Shown piece by piece: positions 19,196 to 28,260 of a stretch of DNA of 49,902 nt. A program made the position numbers and the translations under genes. How positions within the stretch are numbered: position 1 is the stretch's first letter; the number at the start of each line of letters is the position of its first letter. The stretch spans positions 1 through 49,902 of IMG/VR virus record IMGVR_UViG_3300022217_000113; one strand, given 5' to 3'. The notes beneath the pieces are model-generated. The model made no database searches. It had not been told where the DNA came from and was given only the letters and a program-made list of their open reading frames with translations. Origin of the DNA: a virus. Its lineage: Duplodnaviria; Caudoviricetes.

Positions 19196-22100
19196 TGGCG
19201 CTCAAGAACTGCATTAAAATAACATCAGGCCTGAACAGTGATGACGTAACCGCCGTCCTGGATTCATTCGATTCTTACAAAGAGAGCATGAGCCAAGAAG
19301 ATGCGGCCGTCCTGGCTGTTGAAGATGCGATTGCCTCACTTGAAGTCGAGCGCCAGGGAATGATGGCCTCGATAGATGCAGCTTATCCAGAAATAGCCAA
19401 AGAATTCCGCGCCGCCGGCAGGCGAATTGTCCTGAATGTAAACAGGCCGATTGAAGAGACAGAAGCTGCCGTAGCTGAAATGAAGGCAAAGCAGGCAGGC
19501 TGGACCATTGACGATCATTACAAGCAGGCTCATGTAAACCAGGTCGACCTGAATGAGATTGCTGCCGATATCAGCGAAAACATAGGGATCGAGTATAAAC
19601 ATGCTCCGGCAAGACACTCCGAGTCTGCGGCGGGTGAAAAATCAAGATCGTCAACAGCCCGAAAAGTAAAAGAAAAATATTACGGTAACGCGGAAAAACT
19701 GACAGATATCGTTCGTGGAACATTCATTCTTGAGTCGCCATCCGATGTTGAGGCAATCGTTGACCAGCTCGGTGATCGCCTGGCGGGCGTCGATGAGGGA
19801 TGGGCGATTACAGATACCGGATATTTTGATCGCAAAATACTTGTTCAGTTTGACAATGGACAGATCGGCGAGCTCCAACTGGTGACGAAAAATATTATCG
19901 AGGCCAAAGAAGGTGTTGGCCTGCATGATATTTATTCCGATTGGAGAGAAAATGTTTCCGTTAACCCGAAAACCGGGATGGAAGAAATCAAGAACGGAAA
20001 GGAATTCTTCGCCGATCTGCAAAAGAGATCAATGATTCGTGGATATGCCGAAGCGATTGGAGACGAAACAAATAAGGAGTGGCTTGCCGTCTATGCAGAA
20101 GTGGCCCGGTCAAGACTATCGACCCAGCTTTCCAAAGAGCTCATCGGGATTGCCTTGGCTTCCAGGGAAACTTCCAGAAGGCTGACCGGTACCCAGGCAC
20201 CGTCGATAAAGGCTGCCGCAGAAGCAGCACCGTCAGGGGTAGAGAAAGTGACAGCCGGAAAGTTGTCAAAAGAAAAAGCCTTAACCGGCTTGCCTAGCGG
20301 AAAATCCATAGTTACCTCGTTCATTAGGGCGGCGGCACGGCGGCCCACGGTTACAGTTGGCCCTCCAACTATACCACAAACAATAATCCGTAATGGTAAA
20401 AAAGTGGCCCTGCCGGCAACCGGCGTTGATCGCGAGCCATCAGATTTTATTCAGCATGGAGAAGCGCCTAAAACAAAGCCAAAAATAGCTATATCCATAG
20501 CACGATTAAACCGTCTGGTGAAAAACTTGCAGCGTGATTATCACGGTATGCGGAAGATTACCTTTCATATAATCCCTACCCAGGTAGCGGCCTTTGGCAA
20601 AAACTCTGTTTCTGAGCACGGTATCATCAAAGGCGGGTTCTATTCCGGTACGGATGAAATAGTCCTGATTGCCGAGAATATCAAAGATTACGATGACGCA
20701 ATCAAAGTGTTGCGCCATGAGATCGTTGGTCACTATGGCCTACGCGAAGTCCTGAACGGAGACGGCCAATACGACAAACTGCTGGATCGCGTATACAAGG
20801 CAAAAGATGGTGAGCTGAAAGAACTATATGACTGGGTAGAAGCGTCATATCCTGATCTGATCGATAGTAATGATGTGCGCAAAATCGCCGACGAAATGCT
20901 GGCGCGAGCAGCTGAGACAAAAACAGACTCGAATCTTCTCAAGTGGATATACGATCAGATTATTAAATTGCTTAATGCTGTTGGCCTGGTTCGCGACACA
21001 ATAAATCAGGCAGAAGTCGAGTCATTAATTCGATTAAGCGAGGCCAGTCTACGCAGGAAAATTCGCCCTCGCGGCGATCTCGGAGTTCCCTTTGCAGAAG
21101 AGCAGCCAGAAAATGTTTACTGGCAAGGCGTGGCTCCGATATCAACAGATATAGAAGAAAGCCAGGCTCAGCTGGATCTGTTCTCACCAAAGAATGTCGA
21201 GAAGGAAACTGCTCGCGCTCAGGCTACCGATAATTTCAGGCTCAGATACAAGCAGGTTGAAGTCGGGAAAATCAGGACAGGGATCACAACAGTTACCAGC
21301 GCCGAAGATGCGGCGCACGTCCTGGCGCCAATCAGAAAACATGCTCAGGAAACGATGACTGCCGCGGTTCTTGATAAAGACAACAAGGTGATCAGCGTAA
21401 TCAGAAACGCGAAAGGAACAAAGGGCAGCGCCAATATTGCAGCCGTTGAAATTGCTTCGGCGATAGCAGCAACTGAAGGCGCTACCAGCGTGTGGCTTGC
21501 CCACAATCATCCATCAGGATCTATAAAACCAAGCGATCCGGATATTCATATTACTGGTGTAATCAATGATGCCCTGGACGGATCTGGTGTGGAGGTAAAT
21601 GGTCATCTGGTTATTGGTGCTTACGGCAAGGCCGGCACGATGAACAAGCAAGGCGACCCGACCGGAGAGATAAAAATAAGACCGGCGCCCAGAAAAGAAA
21701 CTGTCTCTGTAACAGAGCGAGTAGTCCGCAAAAATACAATGAAGGAAGACACGACAAAATTAATCTCCACTTCTGAGGTGGTAGATTTTGTGAAAGAGTC
21801 TAAAACAAAAAATGGACTCATCTTGATGAATACCAGTCACCAGATTATTGGCGTGTTGTCGATGACTTCAAAGGAAATGAAAAAACTTCGGGACGGAAAA
21901 CAGATACCGAGAATATTAAAAACGCTGGATGAAACCAATGCTGGCGCCGTAATTATATTGTCTTCTAATGCTGAGGCTATTGGCAATATGAGCAGATATT
22001 TGGCCGTTCTGTCTGGACTGAGAGTGCTTGACGCTGTTATCAGCAAGGGCGCAGCAACTGTATCTTATGGCGCAGTTGGCGATTTAATACCAGAGTATGG

Positions 22101-25100
22101 ACCATTCTATTCAAAGACGCCGGCAACTGACGCCCAAATAAATACGCCAGAATTCAAGGCATGGTTCGGTGATTCCAAAGTAGTGGATGAAGACGGCAGC
22201 CCGAAGGTAGTTTTTCACGGAAACAATCAGAATATATTGATCGATATATTTAATCCAGAAATAGGAGCCAAGAAAAGCTTTGGCGGATTCTTCAATACTA
22301 TGGGATCGTGGTTTACCGATAACGCTCAGCAGGCCGCTGGGTTCAGCAAGGCGTATGACTGGAAGACAAAAAAGACGCGTAGCGGTGGCACATATCCGGT
22401 TTACCTGTCGTTCCAGAATCCGATGGTACTTGTTACATCGAGTCGAAACGATGCTTGGCAGGTGCTGAAAAAAGAATTCATGGAAGTGACCGGGGTCGAA
22501 CATATTATGGACGCGACCCAGGCCGACCAAGACAAATATCTCGCCTGGGTTAGAAAGCAGGGGTATGACGGCATAATATTAAAGAACACCATGGCTGATT
22601 CCGGTGTTGGTATGGAGACAGGCGAAGGCGGTCCCAATGATTGGTATATCGCCCTGGACCCGAAGAAGATCAAGTCAGCTATTGGCAATATCGGTAGGTT
22701 CGACGCAACAGATCCGAGGATTATGTTCAGCCGCGCAGCTACCAATGCCAATAATGCGCCAGTCGGCCAGTCACTCGGCATGCCAGAAGAGACGCTGACT
22801 GAGAAATTCGTGCGCCTGGCTCAAGACGCATTTAGTCGCGTGAAGACTCTGCAGGAAACAATCCTGGCCAGGGGCGGACTTGTCCGGCCTGAAGCCGATG
22901 TATACCGAGCAGAGGAACGATCAAGCGGAAGAATCGCGTCTCGCCTGGAGCAGATCGACAAACAATATATGCGGCCGCTGCTGGAGCTGATGAAAGAAAA
23001 AAATATCAGCATCGATGAGCTCGATACTTACCTTGTCGCCAAGCACGCGCAAGAGCGTAACCGGTACATTGCCAGCATTAATGATGATATGCCTGATGGC
23101 GGATCCGGAATGACGAACCAGGAAGCGGCCGATATTCTGGCAAGCTACGCGCATCGGCAGGCTGATATGGAAGCTGCCGCCGCAATCGTTTATACGGTAA
23201 ATAACCGGTCCCTGGACGATATGGTGGCAGGCGGTCACCTGGATGCCGACACTGTTGACGAGTGGAAATCGCGCTGGAAATATTATGTGCCACTAAAGGG
23301 CAAGGAAGGCGAGGAACAACGGCCAGGCCTCGGCCGTGGATTCAGTGTAACCGGCGCCGGCATCAAGAAAGCCATGGGCCGCGGCGCTGGTAATATCGCC
23401 GAAAGCCCGACCGCCCACACTTTTGCTCAGGCCGAGGCTACGATTGTTCGCACGGAAAAAACCAAGGTCGGCCAGGCTCTGGTCAATCTCATGCGCGACA
23501 ATCCAGATCCAGACTTCTGGACAGTCACTACCCGTACCTACAAGAAATTCGAGGATTTGTATGGAGAGCCGTTTGAAGGCTACGAGGAACCGCCAGAGGG
23601 CATGATCGAGAATCTGGACTATCGCCGGGTTACCGCCATTACAAAGGAAGAGCGGGCAGCTGCGAAGGCCGAGGGACGGAAACCGGTAGGCAAGGTCGTT
23701 TACATGATCGACAGGAACTACAAGCACCGGGATGACGTATTTGCCGTAATGGTAGAAGGCGAGGAATTGCTGATCCAGATCAAGGATCAGGTACTGATGG
23801 AGCAACTGAAGAAGATGAACAGCACCCAGCTCAATGCTGTCGTGGCTGGCTTCGGCATGTTGAACCGGTATCTGGCCATGATCAATACCGCGCTGAACCC
23901 GGAGTTCGTGATCACTAACTTTGAGCGAGATTTTCAGACAGCCATGATTAACCTGGGCGGCGAGCACTCCCCCGAGATCGCGGCCAAGGTAATGAAGAAT
24001 ATTCCGCAGGCTGTTCGCGGTATCTGGCAGGCTACCTTTGAAACAAAGGGTCAGTCAGTCTGGAGAGAGCTGTTTAATGAAATGAAGGACCAAGGCGGCG
24101 CCATCGGATTCTTTGGTCTGGAAGATATTGATACCAAGGTCAAGAAGATCCAGCAGCGACTGATCGAAAGGCATGGCGTCCTGGGAAGAACCAAGCAAGG
24201 CATACTCGCTGTCCGTGATGTTGTCCTGGATGCCAACCTGTCCGTGGAAAACGCGGCCCGCCTGGCAGCCTACAAGGTGATCAAAGACGAAGCGATTGCC
24301 AGGGGTAAGAGTCCGGCTGAAGCAATGGCCTATGCTGCATCCATATCTAAAAATCTGACCGTTAACTTTAATCGCAAAGGTGAACTGGCTCCGGTACTGA
24401 ACAGCGCTTATCTGTTTTATAACGCATCGATTCAGGGATCGGCCCGTATCATTACTGCGCTCAAGAATCCGCGTGTTCGTAAAATTGTGGCTGGCGTGGC
24501 CGCAACTGCTTTCGCTCTGGCTATGTATAACCGTAACGCAGGCGGAGACGATGACGATGAAATTCCTTACTGGGACAAGATCAGCGATTACACCAAGCAA
24601 ACGAACCTGATCATCATGCACCCTGATGGCTCTGGTAATTACACCAAAATCAAGCTGCCGTATGGATACAACGTATTCTTTTATTCCGGTATTGCCATGC
24701 ACGATATGATGTTCAACGAACGTATGTCAGCAGCCAGAACAACGATGAACATGATTAGCGCGGGGCTTAATGCGTTCAATCCTATCCAGGGTGCGGATAT
24801 GCTGGATACGATTACCCCGACTTTCCTGAAGCCGTTCGAGCAGGACGCCAGGAATATCAATTTCATGGGCACGCCGTTGAAGCCGGAGTTTCCGTTTGAT
24901 GCTTACGAACGGCCTGATTCTCAGAAGTATTTCAAGTCAACGAATCCGCAGCTGAGAGAAATGATGGCGCTCATTAATGAGGCTACCGGTGGCGACGAGA
25001 CTCATTCCGGAATGATTGATATCTCGCCCGAGATCGCCAAGCATTATATCAGCTGGTTGACCGGTGGTGCTGGCATGACGGCCACCAGAACGCTCGAAAC

Positions 25101-25485
25101 GGCGGCTAACATCATGGCCGGGGAAGAAGTCGAACAAAAAGGCGTGCCCTTCCTGCGCACGCTCGGCGGGAAGCCGGGGCCGCATTACGATACCGAGCGA
25201 TATTATAATGCCGTCAAGGAAATCGCCGCCGTCGAGGCTCAACTGAAGCTGTATCGAGGTACCGATCGATGGGCCGAATATCGTGAAGAGCACAAGGAAG
25301 TACACAAGCTTTCGCTCAAACTGAAGAAGTATAAAAACAAGGTTAAGCGATTGCGCGAGCAGCGTGACAAAGCTTACAAGGATGAAGACCTGGACCTGGC
25401 CAATGACAAGCGTGAAGAAATACGCCAGACGATGATGGAATTCTCACTACAATACGAGCAGGCTGTAGAGGCCGAGGCGGAATAA
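19195..25485 (+). CDS. large polyvalent virion protein 2 (RelA/SpoT-like synthetase, zincin metallopeptidase, RadC/JAB, ART-PolyVal, LPD38)
   Basis: KSRSSTARK..DIVRG..GYFD..ELQL..HDIY (~19600-19950); HEIVGHYGLR (20716); E...HNHPSG...PS..D (21502); FKAWFGDSKVVDEDGSPKVVFHG..GYDGII..IKSA.GN.G.FD (~22140-22730); VNFNRKG..LFYNASIQG..KLPYG (LPD38 type). Confidence 0.85.
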   Translation: MALKNCIKITSGLNSDDVTAVLDSFDSYKESMSQEDAAVLAVEDAIASLEVERQGMMASIDAAYPEIAKEFRAAGRRIVLNVNRPIEETEAAVAEMKAKQAGWTIDDHYKQAHVNQVDLNEIAADISENIGIEYKHAPARHSESAAGEKSRSSTARKVKEKYYGNAEKLTDIVRGTFILESPSDVEAIVDQLGDRLAGVDEGWAITDTGYFDRKILVQFDNGQIGELQLVTKNIIEAKEGVGLHDIYSDWRENVSVNPKTGMEEIKNGKEFFADLQKRSMIRGYAEAIGDETNKEWLAVYAEVARSRLSTQLSKELIGIALASRETSRRLTGTQAPSIKAAAEAAPSGVEKVTAGKLSKEKALTGLPSGKSIVTSFIRAAARRPTVTVGPPTIPQTIIRNGKKVALPATGVDREPSDFIQHGEAPKTKPKIAISIARLNRLVKNLQRDYHGMRKITFHIIPTQVAAFGKNSVSEHGIIKGGFYSGTDEIVLIAENIKDYDDAIKVLRHEIVGHYGLREVLNGDGQYDKLLDRVYKAKDGELKELYDWVEASYPDLIDSNDVRKIADEMLARAAETKTDSNLLKWIYDQIIKLLNAVGLVRDTINQAEVESLIRLSEASLRRKIRPRGDLGVPFAEEQPENVYWQGVAPISTDIEESQAQLDLFSPKNVEKETARAQATDNFRLRYKQVEVGKIRTGITTVTSAEDAAHVLAPIRKHAQETMTAAVLDKDNKVISVIRNAKGTKGSANIAAVEIASAIAATEGATSVWLAHNHPSGSIKPSDPDIHITGVINDALDGSGVEVNGHLVIGAYGKAGTMNKQGDPTGEIKIRPAPRKETVSVTERVVRKNTMKEDTTKLISTSEVVDFVKESKTKNGLILMNTSHQIIGVLSMTSKEMKKLRDGKQIPRILKTLDETNAGAVIILSSNAEAIGNMSRYLAVLSGLRVLDAVISKGAATVSYGAVGDLIPEYGPFYSKTPATDAQINTPEFKAWFGDSKVVDEDGSPKVVFHGNNQNILIDIFNPEIGAKKSFGGFFNTMGSWFTDNAQQAAGFSKAYDWKTKKTRSGGTYPVYLSFQNPMVLVTSSRNDAWQVLKKEFMEVTGVEHIMDATQADQDKYLAWVRKQGYDGIILKNTMADSGVGMETGEGGPNDWYIALDPKKIKSAIGNIGRFDATDPRIMFSRAATNANNAPVGQSLGMPEETLTEKFVRLAQDAFSRVKTLQETILARGGLVRPEADVYRAEERSSGRIASRLEQIDKQYMRPLLELMKEKNISIDELDTYLVAKHAQERNRYIASINDDMPDGGSGMTNQEAADILASYAHRQADMEAAAAIVYTVNNRSLDDMVAGGHLDADTVDEWKSRWKYYVPLKGKEGEEQRPGLGRGFSVTGAGIKKAMGRGAGNIAESPTAHTFAQAEATIVRTEKTKVGQALVNLMRDNPDPDFWTVTTRTYKKFEDLYGEPFEGYEEPPEGMIENLDYRRVTAITKEERAAAKAEGRKPVGKVVYMIDRNYKHRDDVFAVMVEGEELLIQIKDQVLMEQLKKMNSTQLNAVVAGFGMLNRYLAMINTALNPEFVITNFERDFQTAMINLGGEHSPEIAAKVMKNIPQAVRGIWQATFETKGQSVWRELFNEMKDQGGAIGFFGLEDIDTKVKKIQQRLIERHGVLGRTKQGILAVRDVVLDANLSVENAARLAAYKVIKDEAIARGKSPAEAMAYAASISKNLTVNFNRKGELAPVLNSAYLFYNASIQGSARIITALKNPRVRKIVAGVAATAFALAMYNRNAGGDDDDEIPYWDKISDYTKQTNLIIMHPDGSGNYTKIKLPYGYNVFFYSGIAMHDMMFNERMSAARTTMNMISAGLNAFNPIQGADMLDTITPTFLKPFEQDARNINFMGTPLKPEFPFDAYERPDSQKYFKSTNPQLREMMALINEATGGDETHSGMIDISPEIAKHYISWLTGGAGMTATRTLETAANIMAGEEVEQKGVPFLRTLGGKPGPHYDTERYYNAVKEIAAVEAQLKLYRGTDRWAEYREEHKEVHKLSLKLKKYKNKVKRLREQRDKAYKDEDLDLANDKREEIRQTMMEFSLQYEQAVEAEAE
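20091..20309 (-). CDS. nested antisense 72-aa protein, candidate antitoxin/immunity protein for the RelA/SpoT-like domain
   Basis: ATG at 20309 preceded by GAGGT SD (20314-20318) and extended -10 TGTGGTATAGT (20368-20378); globular-looking composition while the sense frame here looks like a shadow translation. Confidence 0.6.
   Translation of the reverse strand: MDFPLGKPVKAFSFDNFPAVTFSTPDGAASAAAFIDGAWVPVSLLEVSLEAKAIPMSSLESWVDSLDRATSA
20368..20378 (-). promoter_or_regulatory. internal antisense extended -10 promoter
   Basis: Reverse complement reads TGTG-G-TATAGT (TRTGn plus near-consensus -10); encodes T-I-P-Q on the sense strand. Confidence 0.55.
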
Positions 25486-25703
25486 TGGAAGACAAAATTC
25501 AGGACAGAGCCAGCACGGAATGGCTCAGAGTGAAAGCTCATTGCATTAAAAAGTTGAATGAGCTCAGGGATGATAACGAGCGCGATCTCGATCCGGTGGA
25601 AACGGCCAAGATTCGTGGCGCGATAAGCCTTGCCAGGGAAATACTGGAAATGGAAGAAAAAGAGAAAACAGTAGACGTGCCAAACACAAAATACATAGAA
25701 TGA
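25485..25703 (+). CDS. small conserved phage protein
   Basis: TAATG coupling; W..V...L..LR..NE...TA.IRG.I helical pattern. Confidence 0.6.
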   Translation: MEDKIQDRASTEWLRVKAHCIKKLNELRDDNERDLDPVETAKIRGAISLAREILEMEEKEKTVDVPNTKYIE

Positions 25704-25734
25704 ACTATCACCGTCGTGAGACAGCGAGGAAGCC

Positions 25735-26007
25735 ATGAATTACGAGAAAAGAAAACCAATGGGCTGCGAGCAGCTAACCGGTCTAACGGCCGCAGTACCA
25801 ACCGCGCCTCCTACCGGTGCCCGGGGAGCAATCATTACCTGTAGCGGTCAACCGGTTCGCTGGCGGGATGATGGTGTAGCGCCATCAGCAACAGTCGGCG
25901 TTTATTTGGCAATAGGTACAATACTGGATTACCAGGGCAATCTACATGCTTTGCAGTTTTTTCAGACAGCCGCCACGGCCGTAGTCGATATCTCGTACTA
26001 CGAATGA
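25735..26007 (+). CDS. hypothetical beta-rich protein
   Basis: GAGG SD; VRWRDDG.APSAT.G motif. Confidence 0.6.
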   Translation: MNYEKRKPMGCEQLTGLTAAVPTAPPTGARGAIITCSGQPVRWRDDGVAPSATVGVYLAIGTILDYQGNLHALQFFQTAATAVVDISYYE

Positions 26008-26306
26008 TGCACGATGATATTCCTCGCGAATTCTGGTACGCCATTGCAGGCGGTATCGGAGGCTTCGCACGTCTAGCCATGGGAATTCGAGACGATGGCA
26101 CGACGATAAAAGGTGAGGCCTTTCGGGTATTCATTATCTCTATGCCTATGGGAATGTTCGCAGCTCAATATGCCGCCGATTCAGGTTATGAACAGATGGC
26201 ATTTGCAGTCGGGTACCTGGTAGGCATATCATCATTAAATACTGCGAGAATGTTTGCCACGGAAGGTCTCAAAGGTGTGCTGTCAATATTGTTCAGGCTG
26301 AAATAG
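26004..26306 (+). CDS. holin-like membrane protein
   Basis: 100 aa with about 3 hydrophobic segments; ATGA coupling; upstream of a spanin-like gene. Confidence 0.5.
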   Translation: MMHDDIPREFWYAIAGGIGGFARLAMGIRDDGTTIKGEAFRVFIISMPMGMFAAQYAADSGYEQMAFAVGYLVGISSLNTARMFATEGLKGVLSILFRLK

Positions 26307-26313
26307 GTGAGCG

Positions 26314-26568
26314 ATGCGTAAATCAGCAAAGAAGCAGTTGAGACGCTATCTACTGGGGTACTGGCTGTTTAGCACTGGTCTGTTAGTTGTCGCCGTATAT
26401 GTGACCACTGGTTCACTTGACGCAACAGCGATACAGATTATTGGCATAACAGCTATCGGTTCACTCGGGTTTTTTCTCCAGCTTCTGGACGTATGGCTGA
26501 AAACAGAGACAGAGTTCCAGCGCCATCGATCAAAATCAGGCAATCACCATATAGGACAAGCAAAATGA
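26314..26568 (+). CDS. two-TM membrane protein (holin/antiholin-like)
   Basis: Basic N-terminus and two hydrophobic segments. Confidence 0.45.
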   Translation: MRKSAKKQLRRYLLGYWLFSTGLLVVAVYVTTGSLDATAIQIIGITAIGSLGFFLQLLDVWLKTETEFQRHRSKSGNHHIGQAK

Positions 26569-27137
26569 TATTCAGCGCTTATAAATTCTGGGCGGTACTA
26601 ATCATTGTCGGCCTGCTGTCTGCCGGCGGTTTCGGCTTGGTCAAATATGGTCGCGCCCTGGAGCGGGCCGATCACGCTATTGCCGTAGTCGGCATGCAGG
26701 AACAGATTGCCGCCCTTGGCCAACGAATATACGAACGAGAGAGCGAGGCAGCTGATACCTCGCGCAAACTAACCCAGCTGGAAAAGGAGAAGATCGATGC
26801 GATTAAATCGAATGATCACAAGACTGCAAAAATCAAGAGCATGGAAAAGGCTATCCAGGCTATACGCGATGCCGAAGACAAGCGGAATTATCGCGTTATC
26901 ATTACTGATTCCACTCAGCGGGTGTGGAACGAGGGACGTAATTGCGGTGGCCTCCCCGAGAGTGAGCGTTCCGGCGTATTACAAAAACGACTTCCGGAAG
27001 TTACCGGCGATGATATCAACGAGCTCATCAAGTACGCCCAAAAAGAATACTGCGGAGTAGCGTTGAAATATAACCAGCTCTGGCGAGCGGCGGAAAGACT
27101 GGCGGCGGAGAGTGGCAAAAAAATACCCAGCCCATAA
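26565..27137 (+). CDS. Rz-like inner-membrane spanin
   Basis: ATGA overlap at 26565; single N-terminal TM followed by coiled coil; contains an embedded lipoprotein ORF. Confidence 0.55.
   Translation: MIFSAYKFWAVLIIVGLLSAGGFGLVKYGRALERADHAIAVVGMQEQIAALGQRIYERESEAADTSRKLTQLEKEKIDAIKSNDHKTAKIKSMEKAIQAIRDAEDKRNYRVIITDSTQRVWNEGRNCGGLPESERSGVLQKRLPEVTGDDINELIKYAQKEYCGVALKYNQLWRAAERLAAESGKKIPSP
26869..27060 (+). CDS. Rz1-like outer-membrane lipoprotein spanin (embedded, +1 frame)
   Basis: MPKTSGIIALSLLIPLSGC: signal II peptide with LSGC lipobox, nested inside the Rz-like gene. Confidence 0.5.
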   Translation: MPKTSGIIALSLLIPLSGCGTRDVIAVASPRVSVPAYYKNDFRKLPAMISTSSSSTPKKNTAE

Positions 27138-27146
27138 GGGCCGGGC
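27117..27146 (-). terminator. terminator for the leftward operon at the convergence point
   Basis: Minus strand GCCCGGCCC-TTAT-GGGCTGGGT followed by ATTTTTTT. Confidence 0.65.
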
Positions 27147-27165
27147 AAATTCCCAGGGGAGGGAT

Positions 27166-27522
27166 CTAAAACTTGATGTATTCGCTGATCGCCTTTATTG
27201 CTTCCTCAGCACCATAACAGATTACGCACTTGTATCCCTGCAATTCCATTTCCTTTTGAAAGTCTAGCTGCTTCGGCGAGACCTTGCTGGGGCCGTCCTG
27301 CTTCCTGCGCTTCATTTCTACAAACAGGCCATGGTAAGGAACACGAACAACCGGTAAAAATATATCGAGTACGCCTGCTTTGACGCCCTGCTTTTTTAAC
27401 CTGGCGGCCTCGATCTTGTTCCTGTTGCCGCCGTTAGGGATCGCGAACATATATCGCAGGGCTGGATGATAAGCCGCCCATTCAAATACGAGCACCTGCT
27501 CGCTGTCTTCGTGGTGCTTCAT
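27166..27522 (-). CDS. VRR-NUC domain nuclease
   Basis: E..EQ..FAIPNGG.R...EAA.LK..GV.AGV.D...GLFVEMKR....S..Q motif. Confidence 0.85.
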   Translation of the reverse strand: MKHHEDSEQVLVFEWAAYHPALRYMFAIPNGGNRNKIEAARLKKQGVKAGVLDIFLPVVRVPYHGLFVEMKRRKQDGPSKVSPKQLDFQKEMELQGYKCVICYGAEEAIKAISEYIKF

Positions 27523-27764
27523 GCGCCTGTATATTCACCGTAATAGAGATCGTTCATCAATAATTTAGCGGCGTCTTCATTTGGCGTTATGATGATGAAG
27601 GCTGGTTCAGGTTTATATTCAATAAGCGTATTCGGGAAATCGCTAAAAGTTAGTATCTCAAAGCATTTTATATCACGGCCATATCGAAAATATATTCGTT
27701 CTGGGTTGTGCTCTCTGGACGGAATGACAGACTGGGTATGACCATCATAAGCTAAAGGCTTCAT
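27519..27764 (-). CDS. hypothetical protein
   Basis: ATGA-coupled to neighbours on both sides. Confidence 0.5.
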   Translation of the reverse strand: MKPLAYDGHTQSVIPSREHNPERIYFRYGRDIKCFEILTFSDFPNTLIEYKPEPAFIIITPNEDAAKLLMNDLYYGEYTGA

Positions 27765-27967
27765 ACTCGATACTGTCCATCAGTCATGTGAATCGCCAGC
27801 TCTTCTGAGCAACCAGATACCTGATGCCCTTCCGTAGTATAAACAGTGGCCCATATCGCACATTTTGAACCCTGGCAGTACACAAGACCGCTGTTAGCAT
27901 AGTTATAATTAGAGCCGCCCATAACATCAGGTCTGCTCATGCGCGGGCATATTTTTTCAGTGCTCAT
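27761..27967 (-). CDS. small Cys-containing hypothetical protein
   Basis: Likely start ATG 27967 (MSTEKICP..C.GSKCAIW); 4-nt overlap with the upstream stop. Confidence 0.5.
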   Translation of the reverse strand: MSTEKICPRMSRPDVMGGSNYNYANSGLVYCQGSKCAIWATVYTTEGHQVSGCSEELAIHMTDGQYRV

Positions 27968-28260
27968 AATATTAATACTCCATCGTTGACCATAATTATT
28001 TGAGTCCGGACAATCGCCTCCATGTGGGCCAGGTCGCGATCTGCTCTGGCATGCGTTTTGACGTAGCCGCCATCGAGCCAGGTATGACAGGTGCTGCATG
28101 CGTAGGCACCGTGAATGTTCAGGTGCTTGGTACCGCCGCCACCGCCATTCAGGTGAGCCAGGACTGTCGTCTCGGGATTGAAATTGCAAACGCCCGGGAT
28201 CCGTACTTGGCACGGTTTACCACGGGCGCTGCGCGTGTACTTGTCCTGTTTTTGTCTCAC
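27964..28260 (-). CDS. DUF1364/YbcO-like zinc-binding nuclease-fold protein
   Basis: ARG..CQVRIPGVCN.NPETTVLAH....G.G.K....GAYACS.CH..LDG. Confidence 0.8.
   Translation of the reverse strand: MRQKQDKYTRSARGKPCQVRIPGVCNFNPETTVLAHLNGGGGGTKHLNIHGAYACSTCHTWLDGGYVKTHARADRDLAHMEAIVRTQIIMVNDGVLIL

Noticed and set aside
21184-25305. Long antisense ORFs in the rest of polyvalent gene 2 (e.g. 23293-23967, 24055-24702)
   Set aside because: They overlap well-formed sense domains, read as codon-bias shadows and lack expression signals
27968-28213. N-terminal extension of track ORF 27761-28213
   Set aside because: It overlaps the DUF1364-like gene in another frame; the real start is more plausibly ATG 27967
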